A stretch of DNA of 64,000 bases. It comes from Euglena gracilis (lineage: Eukaryota). The stretch lies in assembly GCA_039621445.1 (NCBI GenBank), contig CP154954.1:23386954-23450953 (forward strand). Reading direction: 5' to 3'. The position numbers were made by a program, and so were the translations under genes. A model generated the notes under the pieces. That model was not told the DNA's origin. It saw only the letters and a list, made by a program, of their open reading frames with translations, and did not search any database. The first letter of the stretch is position 1; the number at the start of each line of letters is the position of its first letter. Positions 11,801 through 21,617 of this stretch are shown piece after piece.

Positions 11801-12452
11801 TCTTCGCCGGTGCTTTCTTCACCTCCTTCGCCGGTGCTTGTCTTTCTTGTGGTGGTGTCTTGTGGAGACTTGGTGATGCCTTCGGTGATGACGTTGTCGG
11901 TGTTGTTGATGGCGATGACGTCGATGCTGTCTTCGTTGCCGATGCCGTCGGCGTTGATGTGGTCGATGATGTCTTCGTTGCCGACGCCGTCGGCGTTGAT
12001 GAGGGCGATGATGTCACCTTCGCCTTCGGCACGCTCGGTGATGTTGATGGGGACGATGGTGTCGGCTTCGCCTTCGACACCTGCCGTAGGCAGGGTCTCT
12101 CCCCTTCCTTTGGAGACTTCCTGCCTCTTCTCTTTCTTTGGACCAGCCGCCATCCTTCTTCTTCATACTCCACCGCTCTTACCAGCCTCGTCCCTGGTGC
12201 GGATGTCAGCTGGGGGGTTGACTGCCGGTCCAGGCCCTTCCCCTTCACCTGGACGGCCCCGTCATTGCTGCGTCGATGTCGTCCCGGCCGCTTCTCCTTT
12301 GCCGGAACCTTTCTCGCCGCCTTTGCCTTTCCCCTTACCCTTGCCTTTGCCTTTTCCACCATCTTTCCCCTTGGCTTCGCCGCCTTTGCCGGTCCATCCT
12401 TCATTCCACGGCTGCTGGTTGCCTTTGCCTCGGCCAGCCCAGCCTTGGGCAT
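5847..12452 (-). CDS. pol: Pol polyprotein of element A: C5-MTase, aspartic protease, RT, RNase H, Pro/Ala-rich linker, integrase, chromodomain
   Basis: Uninterrupted 2201-aa ORF with LDLFSGTG/SPPC/ENP (MTase), LIDTGA (PR), WRLVCDY, DLRDAFHQ, YFDD (RT), TDASDYAVGAVL, TDH (RH), H..GH...C..C, SVDLF, SDRG, RAE (IN), WEVEAVV...FLVKWLGY..KTWEP (chromo). True start uncertain. Confidence 0.96.
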   Translation of the reverse strand: MPKAGLAEAKATSSRGMKDGPAKAAKPRGKMVEKAKARVRGKAKAARKVPAKEKRPGRHRRSNDGAVQVKGKGLDRQSTPQLTSAPGTRLVRAVEYEEEGWRLVQRKRRGRKSPKEGERPCLRQVSKAKPTPSSPSTSPSVPKAKVTSSPSSTPTASATKTSSTTSTPTASATKTASTSSPSTTPTTSSPKASPSLHKTPPQERQAPAKEVKKAPAKKEKKEPVKKAAKEEKERWALDLFSGTGSVRRALEKMGFKVISVDWDEKWKPDIVADVRKWRYWEQYAPGYFEVIAASPPCTEYSAALTTRKRRLRMADAVVKATRELVEYLAPTRWWIENPRFGLLRWRRVLRGVRYVDIDYCRFAEYGYRKPTRFWVSDAMAKELDDVICGGKCGSMVEGPDGVRRHRLQLGGSGGERRCTREEAYRIPEGVVRYLCLGEKAREEVAAAEEAKKVRKVVVRPWQHLPNRPFTVGRMEHRGGCYQLLMDVEVEAGGMKIQAKALIDTGAQTSLVKKELFPESVFHAATRPLVLRTVSGEALPGGQREAELKLSFAAQTDDEERRPRTWTTKVVAYDGCISTDLILGYPWLRENRLDVQPWRDTLQLHADPKWILRRRGDEEKKEEDGDEDEDELDGYLSTVKKMRQLTTDEAAVREVAMMLKEAEEAAKAVRGVVETEDDVDHPLARQLRDEIINEFEGRVFRERVWPCPPARGTHGKAVLRLKPGATPVVGRIINLKGERLEALREMERECLADGKLEAGRGPWRAAAFPIRKKSGKWRLVCDYSLTNKMLQMDSYPLPLTEDIVSEQAKCEIFSTVDLRDAFHQVAMAEESRPITNIHLPGGLWQWTVWPQGINVGPALLQRDIDATCRNVSAHTHPYFDDILVSTRRLPGWSDEELIRRHAGDLRETLRALEADRWVADKKKAQLFRKRAEFVGHVLGEGKRVPASGKLAAVQRWQPPANVTSLRAFLGLCNYYSGYVRMYSELAAPLQEKLKLPRDLSRAGSKHPIVWSAAELEAFEKLKAALVADLELWHVDMNKPFVLRTDASDYAVGAVLEQLPKVEGIPSVEELLKPGASVAVGFMSRKLTEGQRLRWDTSYKETYAVVSALDKWGGYITGQKVLVLTDHRSLESWYKEHVARGAGPQGRRARWHSKLNEHMVEVVYVPGEKNEVGDALSRWAYPASQEYRDSCWHGTAADAEEMEQQIREEKAAERSCPKAVHPVDKVCPLPTANAASPSSPAGTPAATAASAGTPASEVAPAGIPAAGSPAIRPPPPPHPTAPAATAAPTVRVPSATALASPGQPEQPQHPALSAQPKQQQQPATPRTVRFSVRPAAAPAAAPAVRSPSAEQASSPPAASARSILPSAAIAVTTRSQAVATPLVTVVPKKPAEGAVPSAGPPKVGGHPSPPAVPPVAAAVPPVAAAVPPAAATPAAAPQEEDQDLMAMDWSEAYEKCPTFKEPWQAIKRGRPWPTGYRKEAGKLVKDSVWCVPDALTERAIREQHRASGHVGGERLLDEASRNFQFAVPSRARELAGKILAVCEFCQASEHPHQPLRLRITPTPVPPHVMCSVSVDLFQMPEVEVEGGKLVNVFAACIDRHSGWAIATVHHTRGLTAEAVAKAMYEQWAQFGVPSVITSDRGPHFVGAWWRAMCARLGVRHAFSQAYHHEGNARAEVLGAQIQKRLRKMKAAEGVEWPEALPRALRTLHDSAGPSGLSPFQVLFGRERWYGGVPYQPPTRAEDAVAFFERMQDIDHRVAKILNEEHAKTAEAVNKRRKELPELEINDKVWYLRPRTRTGEKLETYWIGPCVVAERTSEHTYVLQMEDGRKQVAHRSQIKSYRHDPALMGPPLRLFHFRQSRPEEGSRLDEWEVEAVVTHRRDANGDLEFLVKWLGYEEKTWEPLRHFFHRYASPIVSYFVEHDIKEDIMKYLSRFPEEAHIAICHAVEIEKEKEKEFGLSWEEPPEEWMWQDPEDGDVCREGDDSAGDDDEGDGGDEGDRDQEDGGDVGPAGPQQAAHPRYPVRVHRQPASGKRPVSVRSASARDVLSRASLAPAPPSTTPSLPISHAYPPRSPGVPQRPGPRVSPAPTGRGRRPRVSTRRDAPARDPPLPPGGPVPVHPHDPSLRRGGTTTGGVPLHGHGATRPFLPNKEATPAPCPHPMGKWKRPGVNLGFSPWWSCSSSSFCSFPSPSTLRTGGWQRARRS
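11149..11750 (-). other. DNA cytosine-5 methyltransferase-like domain within pol of element A
   Basis: Motif I ALDLFSGTGS, II/III VISVDWD...VADV, IV AASPPCTEYS with the catalytic PC, VI WIENP, VIII-like YRKPTRFW, X-like RIPEGVV. Confidence 0.9.
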
Positions 12453-15126
12453 CGTTGGAGTCCTTGGTCTCGTCCACCTTCTTCGCTTCTCCTTCCTTTT
12501 CTTTCTTCACCGCTTCCTTCTTCACTTCCTTGATGTTGGACTCCTCCTGGACTCCTTGATTGGCCTTGGTGTCGGTCTCGTCATCTTCATCTTCGACATC
12601 CACTTCCCGCTGCCATCTTGTGGGTGCCGCCGGTTTGCGGTGGGCCGGCTCGGGGTCGCCCATGGTGGCGGCCCGCTGGTCCACCCTCAGCCACCGCACC
12701 ATGAGGTCGTTGACTTGGGTGGCGGTGAACTCCACGGTGTCCGGGGCCACCCGGACCTCCACCAGACAGCTTCTGCCGGTCGTACACCACCTTGATGGCC
12801 GCCCGGTGGTCATCGTCCGCCGAGACCACCTTGATTCTTCTGCCTTGACGATCCACTTTCTTCGGCACGACGCCCGTCTCCTCCACCACCATCTCCGTCG
12901 CCTCCGCCACCGTCACATCCTCCGGTAGGCCTTCCAGGACCAGCGCCGCGTGGTCACGGCGCCGATCCTCTTCATGGGCCAGCCGCTTCCTCCATGGCTG
13001 ACCCAGCTGGTCCACCACCAGGCGGGCTAGCTCCACGTCCGTCACCGATATGCATCGCTGGGGGGGGGGGGAGGGGGAGGGGGGGGGGCGGGGTGTGGGG
13101 GTGGGGTTGGGCGGGTGTGGGGGCTTGTGGGTACGGGGGGGGTGGAGGGGGGGGGGCTTTCTTTCTTTCGGGGGGGGGGGGGGTGGGGGGGGGGGGGGGG
13201 GGGGGGGGGGTGGGGGGGGGGGGCGGGGGGGGGGGGGGGGGACAGCGCCTTGGCGTTGGCGAAGTACTCCCGCCACTCGCGCTCCATCAGCTTGCCCCGC
13301 GTCACCACCTTGAGGTGACGGAGCTTCCTTCGTAGTGCTTCTCGGTCGTCTCCACCCAGCTCCAGGTCCAGCCTCGCCCACAGCTCCTCGAACGGCATCT
13401 CGGGGTAGGTCTCCACCATCAGGTCGATGTGCAACGCCGTCGCCTCGTCCACCGTACTCCGCAGCAGCGCCACCCACTGCGCCTCGCTGAGGAGGGGGAC
13501 CATCCCCTCCACCTCGCGGAGGTAGGGGAGCCACCGCCGCCTCCATTGGGGCCAGTCCTCGGCGTTACCCGAGAACCGGCCCGGATGCCTCCCCCCGAGC
13601 GCATCCAGGAGGTGCGGTGGCAGGATCTGCAGCTGGGGAGCCCCCAACGGCAGGGTGGTTGCTTGGACTTCTCGGATGGCGGTTCCCCTCACGGGTGCGG
13701 GCACGCTCGCCCCCGCACGCATGGGGGCGGCGGTGCTGGCGGGTCGCGATGCCGGTGCATATGGATGCGACGACAGTGCGGACTGCTGCACTTGCGCGCG
13801 GGACGGTTGCGGATGGGATGGTGCACGTTGGGCCGCGGAGGACGACGGTGGACGCTGGGACACGGACAGCGGCTCTGCTCGGATGACAGCGGTGCTCGGT
13901 CACCGGGGAAATGCATATGCGGATTGCGGCATGGATATCCCTTCCCTTGCCGGGCGCGCGGTGGTTGACGATGAGGACCGCTCAGCCGGGGCTCGGGCCG
14001 CCCCCGCCGAAGCAGGCTGGGGGGCAGACTGGCAGGGATCGGCTGCCCTTCGGGTTGGCGGCGTGGTCTGAGCCGCCGAGGACACCGGGGGTCCCCCGGC
14101 TTGGCGGAGACTGGACATCTTGACAGACCACTGCTTGATCTCCTCCTTCGCCATCTGAATCTCCCTGAACAGCGCCGTCACCACTTGGTCCACTTCCCGG
14201 AGGGCCTTCTCCAAGTACACCCTGCACTTGCCCTCCAACTCCACGGAAATCCGGTCGGCCAGCTTGTTGAAATACTGTACCTGCAACGCCGGGATCTCGG
14301 TCTTGGAGTTGAGCTCCATCCGCTGCAGTCGCTCCTCCATCTGCCGCACCACCGTGGCGATCTCCTCCCGCGTCACCATGGCTCCCCGGAGACGGGCCAC
14401 CTCCACTGCCGTTTCCGGGTCCACCACCCGGGCCGCACCCTCGCCGGGGCCGGCACGCACCATCGCCGTCAAGCCTTGCACCTCTGCCTCGCGGCATCGG
14501 TGCTCAGCCTGCACGGCGGCGATTGCTTGGGCCGCCTCATCCGCCGCCTTTCGGGCGGCCGCCTTGGCTTGCGCCACTTGGCCCTCGAGCCGTCCGTGCT
14601 GGGCTTGGATGGTCTCCATGAACTGCGCGATGACCTTGCCTTGCCCCTCCGCAACTTGCCGATAGGCCGCCGCGGACGCATCCTTCGTGGCCTTGATCTC
14701 CTTGTCCATCTCCTCCAGCGCCGCGGTTGGCCAGTCATCCCACATCTCCCGGGTGCGGTTGCCCAGGAGGTCGAGCTGGGCCACCACCTGCCCGAGACTC
14801 GCCTCCACGGCGTCGATGCGGCTCGTCAACCACACCGCCACCGCCTCCGACACCCCGGGATACTCGTCCTGCATGGGCTGGTCTTGTACCGGGACTTCAT
14901 CCCCGGCACCAATCTCCTCCTGGTACATCTCGGGGGCCATATCTTCCTCGTATCCCTCACCTGCGGGCTCCGCCTCGTCGTACATCTCGAGGGTCTGCTC
15001 GTACGTCTCCTCTGCCTGGTCATACTCCACACCCGCCGCGTCCTCGTCCATCTCATCCACAATCCTTGGCATCTTGAGCGGCCGGTGGGGCGATGAGGCT
15101 TCGGAAAAGGGGTTCGTTCCCCCCAC
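12262..15126 (-). CDS. gag: Gag-like region of element A, in several frames as assembled
   Basis: ORFs 13900..15126 (acidic N-terminus, coiled-coil-like), 13042..13863 (FSGNAEDWPQWRRRW, capsid-like and resembling WDGDPTTWRQFFRDW in element B gag) and 12262..12813 (GK-rich tail). Disrupted by a G-run stretch at about 13055-13240. Confidence 0.7.
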
Positions 15127-15686
15127 ACCCTTTGATCCCCCTTGCGGCTCCCTCTGGGGGTGGTGGTGGGGGAGAACAGCAGCGCCGCTCCCGCCGCGGC
15201 CAGCAGCGGGAAGCGGGCCCGCAGCGGCGTGGCGTCCCGCGGGGACTCCAGCTCCGGCAGCTGGAGCGGCACCAGCGCGAACGCCGCCGCGGTCGCCGCC
15301 GCGGACGCCGCCGCGGACCCCCCCGGGGACGGCGTGGCTGCTGGGGTGGTGCGCAGGGAGTGGGACAGGTACGAGGGTGGGGATGGGGTGGACAGGATGG
15401 GAAATGTGAGCTGGAGTGGGAATGGGAGCTGGGGGTTTGGGCTTATCGCCTTTTCTTGAGCGGGGCTAGGTGGGGAAATGGGGGATTCTTTTTCTGCTGT
15501 GCACGCTGAGGGGGACTGAGCAGCGGCATGCGTGTGCGGGGGATTGGGATTGGGTATGGGGCGGTCTTTTTCATTTGGGGGAGTCCCATGGTGGGGGACA
15601 CCCACCACCGGGGCGGGGTGAGCCTGGGGAGCCGGATCCATCTTGTCGGTGTGATTTGTTCCCAGGAAATTTTGTTCTGTGAAAAA

Positions 15687-15698
15687 CCTCTGCTACCA
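15687..15698 (-). promoter_or_regulatory. Primer-binding site complementary to initiator tRNA-Met, overlapping the LTR by 1 nt
   Basis: Minus strand TGGTAGCAGAGG directly after the 5' LTR; complementary to the ...CCUCUGCUACCA 3' end found in many eukaryotic tRNA-iMet. Confidence 0.88.
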
Positions 15699-16336
15699 GT
15701 TTCCCGAATGGTGTTGTTTTTGCCCAGCCTTCACTCCCGGGGGTCCGTGAGGGGGTACCGGCGGGGTGGGGGGTAGGCGCGATGGGCTCTGGGGAGAGGG
15801 GTAGGTTCGGGATACTCCCCTTCCCACGTAGGATTTTTTCCCGGGGACCGAAGGCCCTCCTTTTTGGGGAGTGGTTGGAGGGGGGAGTCCGGCTTGGCGT
15901 CCCTTCCGGCAGTGGGGGGGTTTAGGAAAAGGCCTGGTTAGCCTCCCCTAGGCTTCAGATACCCCAGCACCAACACCTTTTTGGCTTGTACTGCTCTCCT
16001 GCGCCAGCAGATAGCCAATCTTTTTTGTAATCTTTTGCTTGCTCCGCCCTTGGGATTTTGATTTTCTTGAACTTTTGCACTTTCTTGGCTCCAGTGCCTT
16101 TCCTTGAATTCCCTTGAAATTCCTTGAAAATTGATATAATTTGACCTTGGTCTTGATTCAGCAGGCACAATCTTGAATTGAAACCATAGATAAGAAAGAG
16201 GGAGCCTGCAGTAAAAAACAGAACAGTTAGAGAGCGGTTTGCGCTATTTTGATGCTGAATTAGCGCAGTGGTTCGCTATATACAACAGCAGGCTGTAATA
16301 GTGGCAATAGAAGGTGCAGCGGCCGGTCCGCCAACT
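15698..16336 (-). repeat. 5' LTR of element A (639 bp)
   Basis: Direct repeat of 3835-4474. Confidence 0.97.
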
Positions 16337-18406
16337 GGATGGCACGCGACCAATTGCAGCTGGGGAATGCCTGCGCCGATTGGTGGGCAAATATTTGATG
16401 AGGCACCCAAACATCAGGGACCGCCTTAAAGAACTGCAGCCACTACAATGCGGTGTAGGGGTCCAGGGGGCATGTGAACTCATTGCTATGGGACTGCAGC
16501 AAGAAGTAAATCACCTGCACATGCAACAGGACAGCACCTGGTCTTTGTTACAGGTAGATTTCAGCAATGCTTTTAATTGCGTAAAAACAAAGACAGTCCT
16601 TGCTGAAGTGCCTAAACGCTGCCCGGAGGCGTACGTTTGGTTCGAGAGTTGCTACGCCGAACACAGCCCGCTCTTTTGTGGGTCATCACACCTTCGGGGT
16701 GCCTCTGGCGTACAACAAGGGGACCCTTGTGGCCCAGCCGGATTCGCCTTGGCGTTGCAATCTCTCGTCGAGTCCTTGCAAGACGTGGTGCCACTGCAAT
16801 TGTGGTATTTGGATGATGGACACATCCTGGGAACCCTCCCACAATTACATGCAGCAATTACAGAAATTCAACGACAGGGGACGCTACTAGGCATACACCT
16901 CAACGCAAAAAAATGCCGCCTGTGGGGCCCTGCAGCAACAGAAGCCAATCGTGCTGAAATGCCGCCAAACAGCCCACTTCGTGCAGTCCCAATCGTGAAC
17001 TACTCCCCTAATTCTGGTGTACGGGCCCTGGGAATCTCGGTATGCCATCCACAAAGCGGTGGCTTTGCGGGGGAAAGTGTCGGCTGAACGTGCAACAGGT
17101 GTGCAGAAAGCTTGCCGGGCCCTTTTGAACCTGCCGCAAGCCCATATTCAGTTCTGTCTCTTACGAACGTGCCTAGATGCATGCAAAGTTAATGACCTCG
17201 TGCGTGCAACAGAACTGGGGCAGGCAAATGACGCATGTGCTCTGTTGACCAAAGAAATCAGGAACACAATGAGCAACATTGTTGGATCCCCAATCGATGA
17301 CAACCAATGGGCTCAGGCCACCCTACCCGTGCGTCATGGCGGACTCGGAATTCGGGACCCATCACTGGAACGTCTCCCAGCACGTATATCCGGCATTGTG
17401 ACGTTTGTCAGCAATGGCAGACGCACCCTGGGCCTGGCAGACCGAGGAGTACCGAAAGACACTGCGGAGTTCCTGTCCTCTGCCAACTCCATCCTCGAAG
17501 GAACTCCCCCAACGCAAACATGGGCCGCGGATGTATCACTGCTGAACGAAGCCCAAAGCCCTCACATTCAACAGAAGTGGTGGGGTGAATGCTTTGCGAA
17601 ACAACGACAAAAAGTATTATCCTCTAACCTTCACGGTCAAGACGCCGTCCGGTTCGCAAGCCAACAGCGGCCCCACGCAATGGCCTGGGCTTCTGTCACA
17701 CCATCCTCTGGACTGAAAACATTGGTCGCTTCTGCCGAATTCAAAGGATTTCTAAAGTGGTCACTGGGAGCACCAGTTTGTCCACCAACGGGATCAACGT
17801 GCCCACGCTGCACCAAGCCAATGGACAACCTGGGTAATCACCTTGTATGCTGCAGCTCAAATGGCATCACGCGGCGACATGGTGCAATCCAGGAATTTGT
17901 GTTCCAACTGGCACATGATGCTGGGTTTACTGCAAAAAAAAGAACAAGGAGGTCCAGAGAGAACACGCCCGGGCGATCTCCTCATCAGCAGACTTGACGC
18001 CAATGGTCCTGGAGCAGTGGATATCACAGTGAGACACACAGCAGCACCGTACAGACCGTTGCGTGACACAGCTGAACTAACTTAATAGTATGAACGCCAA
18101 GAGAAGGAAAAACATTCAAAATATGACGCCACATGTGGGAGGATGGGATGGACCTGCATTCCATTTGTTGTTGACTGCTATGGCGGCCTAGGCCAAGAAG
18201 CGCTAACCTTAATGTCAACACTGATGAAACTTCTCCTCGGTCAACAAGATGCATGGTCAAAACGCAAAACTGAAGCCGACACATGGCAACTTCTATCAAT
18301 AACTGTTGCGCGAGAGATCGCGCGACAAGTAATCTGGGGACGGTATGCAGGCAACGACACAGATCCAGAAGTAACCAACACCATACACCAGCCGTATTGT
18401 CTGTAA
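16337..18406 (+). pseudogene. RT, zinc knuckle and restriction-like endonuclease of the CRE-like element
   Basis: ORF pieces 16314..17087, 17017..17997, 17843..18085 and 18143..18406, joined by two frameshifts and an in-frame stop; YLDD catalytic motif; PD-(D/E)xK-type RLE motif. Confidence 0.9.
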
Positions 18407-20219
18407 AGAAGACCACTACGACCCCTAGACCCAGAACAAACAATTGTCCTTAAACCATCCACAACTCGTCAAAAAAGTAAACAACGGTACCCAACCATCA
18501 GCAACCTGTGTCTCACATTGGCAAGAGAAGTGGCCCGCCAGCTGACTTGAGGAACAGTGGCGGAGCCATCTGGAACGGTGGATCCCACCACCCATTGCCC
18601 ATATGAAACGGAGTGAGCAATTTGACCGCAGGGCCGAAGACGCCATGACACACCAACCATACGCATAACCAACCACGAGACTAATTAAACCAAAAAAACA
18701 AGCAAATCACACCTTGCAACGAATGGACCAAGTCTACAAAGACGTCCAAACCCTTACCTCACCGAAAACAGAGCCTTCCCTGCGCCAACTCTCCAAAACC
18801 AAAACTTGTCGCAGCCACAACCTCAACACCCAACAGTCCCCATGGCCGTTCCATTGAACCTTCCCTGCCGCTGTACACTTTCCTCTCACACTCGCTATCC
18901 CCCCTCCGAACTGTGCCCTTCACCGCCGTTCTACTTCACCCTCGCCTCTCCCCCCTCCCACCTTGAGAACTTGCTATGTGCATTACTCTCACCCGCACAG
19001 GACTTCGGCTCGGAGTGATCCTCTTGAGTTTCAAAAAAACTTCCCCTCAGCCTGCACCCCTCTCACGACACTTGAAGCTTCCCGCCCTTCGCCTTCCGGG
19101 TTTCCTGGGAACCGGATGACACCCTCAGCCATTACCTTATCCACGGGGTCTCCCCATCTGTGCATAGCCTTCCCCCTCCTACACTTCAAATCCAGTAGGC
19201 TGCGCCACTGGTCGGTGGATTCGGTTCGCCCCACCACCGTCTTTGAGGATGCTGGGTTTCGGGGGGTTATTATTATAACGGCCAGAGGCAATTATTGATT
19301 TGGGACACCCGGGTGCTTGTGTAACAGAAAGTGTAAACAGGCATCATACTCTCTCTGTAGCGACACAAACAAGAGTATGGACGATCCCGAACCAGACGAT
19401 CGTCGAGACCGGGGTAAACGAGGCCCGCCACAAGAACGACCCCCTCCAGGACCCCCAGAGGGTCAACCGCCCACCAAGCGGGCCAAGCCGGCGCCGCCTA
19501 CACAACGCGCCTTATCGGTGAGCTCCTCCTCACCCAGTTCGACGTCCTCTTCGTCAACATCATTGACATCATCCAGTACAGCCCCCAGCCCATCTGCCTC
19601 CTCCTCTTCCCCCTCCCTGGCTGCTGCTCCCTCCCAGGTTGAGCGCGCCATGGGTATGGGTGCCGCCGGGGGGTACACCCTGCCAGGCGACCCTTGGGTC
19701 CCCCTGCCAGCCAGCACCCCCAGCTGACCCCTGGCATCCCCTGCAAAACCCAACTGCCAGCTGCAGCATATCAAGTTGTCCCTCAACAGGTGAAGCCTCC
19801 CAGCCACCGTGCCCCTAAGGGTCCCTCTGGCCCTCCCCTACAGGCTGCCCCCTCCCCCATCAGGCCCCCCTGTCCCATCAGGCCAAGGCCCACAGACAGC
19901 CCCAGTCCAAGGCCCCCCTGCCCCCCCCCCAGGCCAAGGCCCACAGACCACCCTTGTCCTTCCCACCAGCTGCCTCTTCCACTGGGACAGTACCAGCACC
20001 TGTGCCCCAGAGGATCTGGAAAGATGCCAGGGAACCACTGAGTGGTCGACATCTGCGAGAAGTCCCCTCAGTTTCAGGTGATTTTTTTGTTCCACAGGTC
20101 AAAACCCTATGGATCTACCCCCTCAGATCCTGTGTGGGCCCTGTGGGGTCCACCTGTGGATCACCCCAGGAGCCCCCCAGCTACTCCACAGGGCACTCCC
20201 AGAAGCCCTCCCCCTTCAT

Positions 20220-21600
20220 AGCACGTGAATATTACCGCGGCCTGCGCCTGGAGTTTCTCCAGCAGTGGGTAATACTTCCACTGGATTCCCAGTGCTCTGA
20301 TGGAATACATGTGCGTGAAGATTTCCTTCAGCTGTGCTACGAACGTTTCGTCGTCGGCACATGTATTCATACAGTCGATGTAGGTCAGACCGTTTCGGTC
20401 GGTAAAAATCCCAAAGTTCTGGCAGGGGTATCCCAACCAGAACCACAGCTCCCAGAAACCGGACATCTGGTCCAGGACGACTTCATCCGAATGAGGGCAT
20501 CCCTTAAACGCATGGAGTTCGGCACAGTAGAAAAATCGTTTGCAGTGATTGTACATACGATTATGCACCACTTCGAGCACCGCTTCCGGTGGTCGGTGGA
20601 TCACGTTGCCTGCACGTGTAAACTTATGGAGATCCTCGTCGATGTTCGACCAGATCTCCTCAAGGTAATCGAATACCACGGCAACGTCATAGTCCTTTGT
20701 TTTCGAAGGTTCGGCGGCTTTTCCGCCTTTTGCTGCTGGGGGTCCGGCAGATTTTCCGCCTTTGCCTGGAGCTGGCCATGCGGCTTTTCCGCCTTTGCCA
20801 GGTGGGGCTTTGCCACCTTTCTCATGGCCTTTTCCTTTCCCCTTACCCTTCCTTGCCTTTTCATTTACTCTTACCCTTCGAGTTAGACAGCCATTCGAAT
20901 GTCGCCCAGTAATCCCAGTATTCTGTGTCTTCCGCAGTATATACCGGGTAAGTCACGGATTCCGTGCTGGGCGTCCGAGCAAATTCCTGTTCAGCGTCAC
21001 CACCATTCAAGTAAACCGGTGCGACCGGGGGTGGTCGGGTTTCCCGACGTACCCGTTCTGCCGTCACATCTGGCGCGGGCGAAGTTTCCTCGTCAGCGTC
21101 GACGTACATCGCCGTGGGCGGATTTTCCGACCTAGGCGAGCGGCGCTGTGGCTGCGGCGTCAGATTTTCCGGGCCGCGGTCACGCTTGCCGGCGGCAGAG
21201 CTTGTGGGTCGTGCCGATGGCGCTTCCGCCACAGCAACACCCCGCTGTCCCGCATGTTGACTGGATCGTGAGGGAGCTGGGACTCCGGTGAGAGCCGTCA
21301 CAGCAGCATCATACTGCTGGCGCTCTTCCATCGTCATTTCCGCCCGGGCAGGGTATCCCTGTCCGGCGGAAACAGGGGGCTGACGTGCGATTTGTCTCTG
21401 GATCGTCACAGCATATTCACACTGTTGACGCTCCTCCTCGGTATCGAACGGCCGACCAGTCCACGGGTTGACGGGTTTATCCCGTACCTGTGGGACCGGC
21501 GCCGTACGAGGCGCTGCCGCGGCTTCCCGCGGACGAGCGCTCCGGGCACTGTCAGACGTCGAGGGAGGGTTTCCTTCCGCGTGGCGTCTTGGCAGAGGGT
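20220..21600 (-). pseudogene. Truncated, frameshifted homologue of the element-B third ORF (ORF3 copy 2)
   Basis: ORFs 20861..21796 and 20161..20679 share ENLTPQP.R.SPR, AGN....PP.AV..VV and GFWELWFWLGYPCQN.G.F.D with ORF 34859..38227. Confidence 0.85.
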
Positions 21601-21617
21601 CAGGTATGGTATGGTGG

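Larger units (their letters stand above)
3835..16336 (-). mobile_element. Full-length Ty3/gypsy chromodomain LTR retrotransposon (element A) encoding a C5-cytosine methyltransferase
   Basis: Near-identical LTRs at 3835-4474 and 15698-16336; GGAT target-site duplication (3831-3834, 16337-16340); PBS and PPT correctly placed for the minus strand; gag-like and pol ORFs. Confidence 0.97.
923..18406 (+). mobile_element. Non-LTR retrotransposon of the RLE-bearing CRE/SLACS-like group, decayed and split by an LTR-element insertion at 3835-16336
   Basis: SSPGPSGLRPDHLK before the insertion; after it GTRPIAAGECLRRL, QVDFSNAFN, GVQQGDPCGP, WYLDDG, ATLPVRHGGLG, CPRC...HLVCC zinc knuckle and RPGDL...DITV...K..KY...PFVVDCYGGLG restriction-like endonuclease. 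Outer ends approximate. Confidence 0.9.

Noticed and set aside
6268-12795. Long plus-strand ORFs antisense to element A pol
   Set aside because: Expected shadow frames of a GC-rich coding strand; no recognisable motifs.
13055-13240. Poly-G/poly-Pro insert in gag as a real G-quadruplex or domain
   Set aside because: It interrupts otherwise sensible coding sequence and looks like locally degraded base calling; cannot be trusted without reads.
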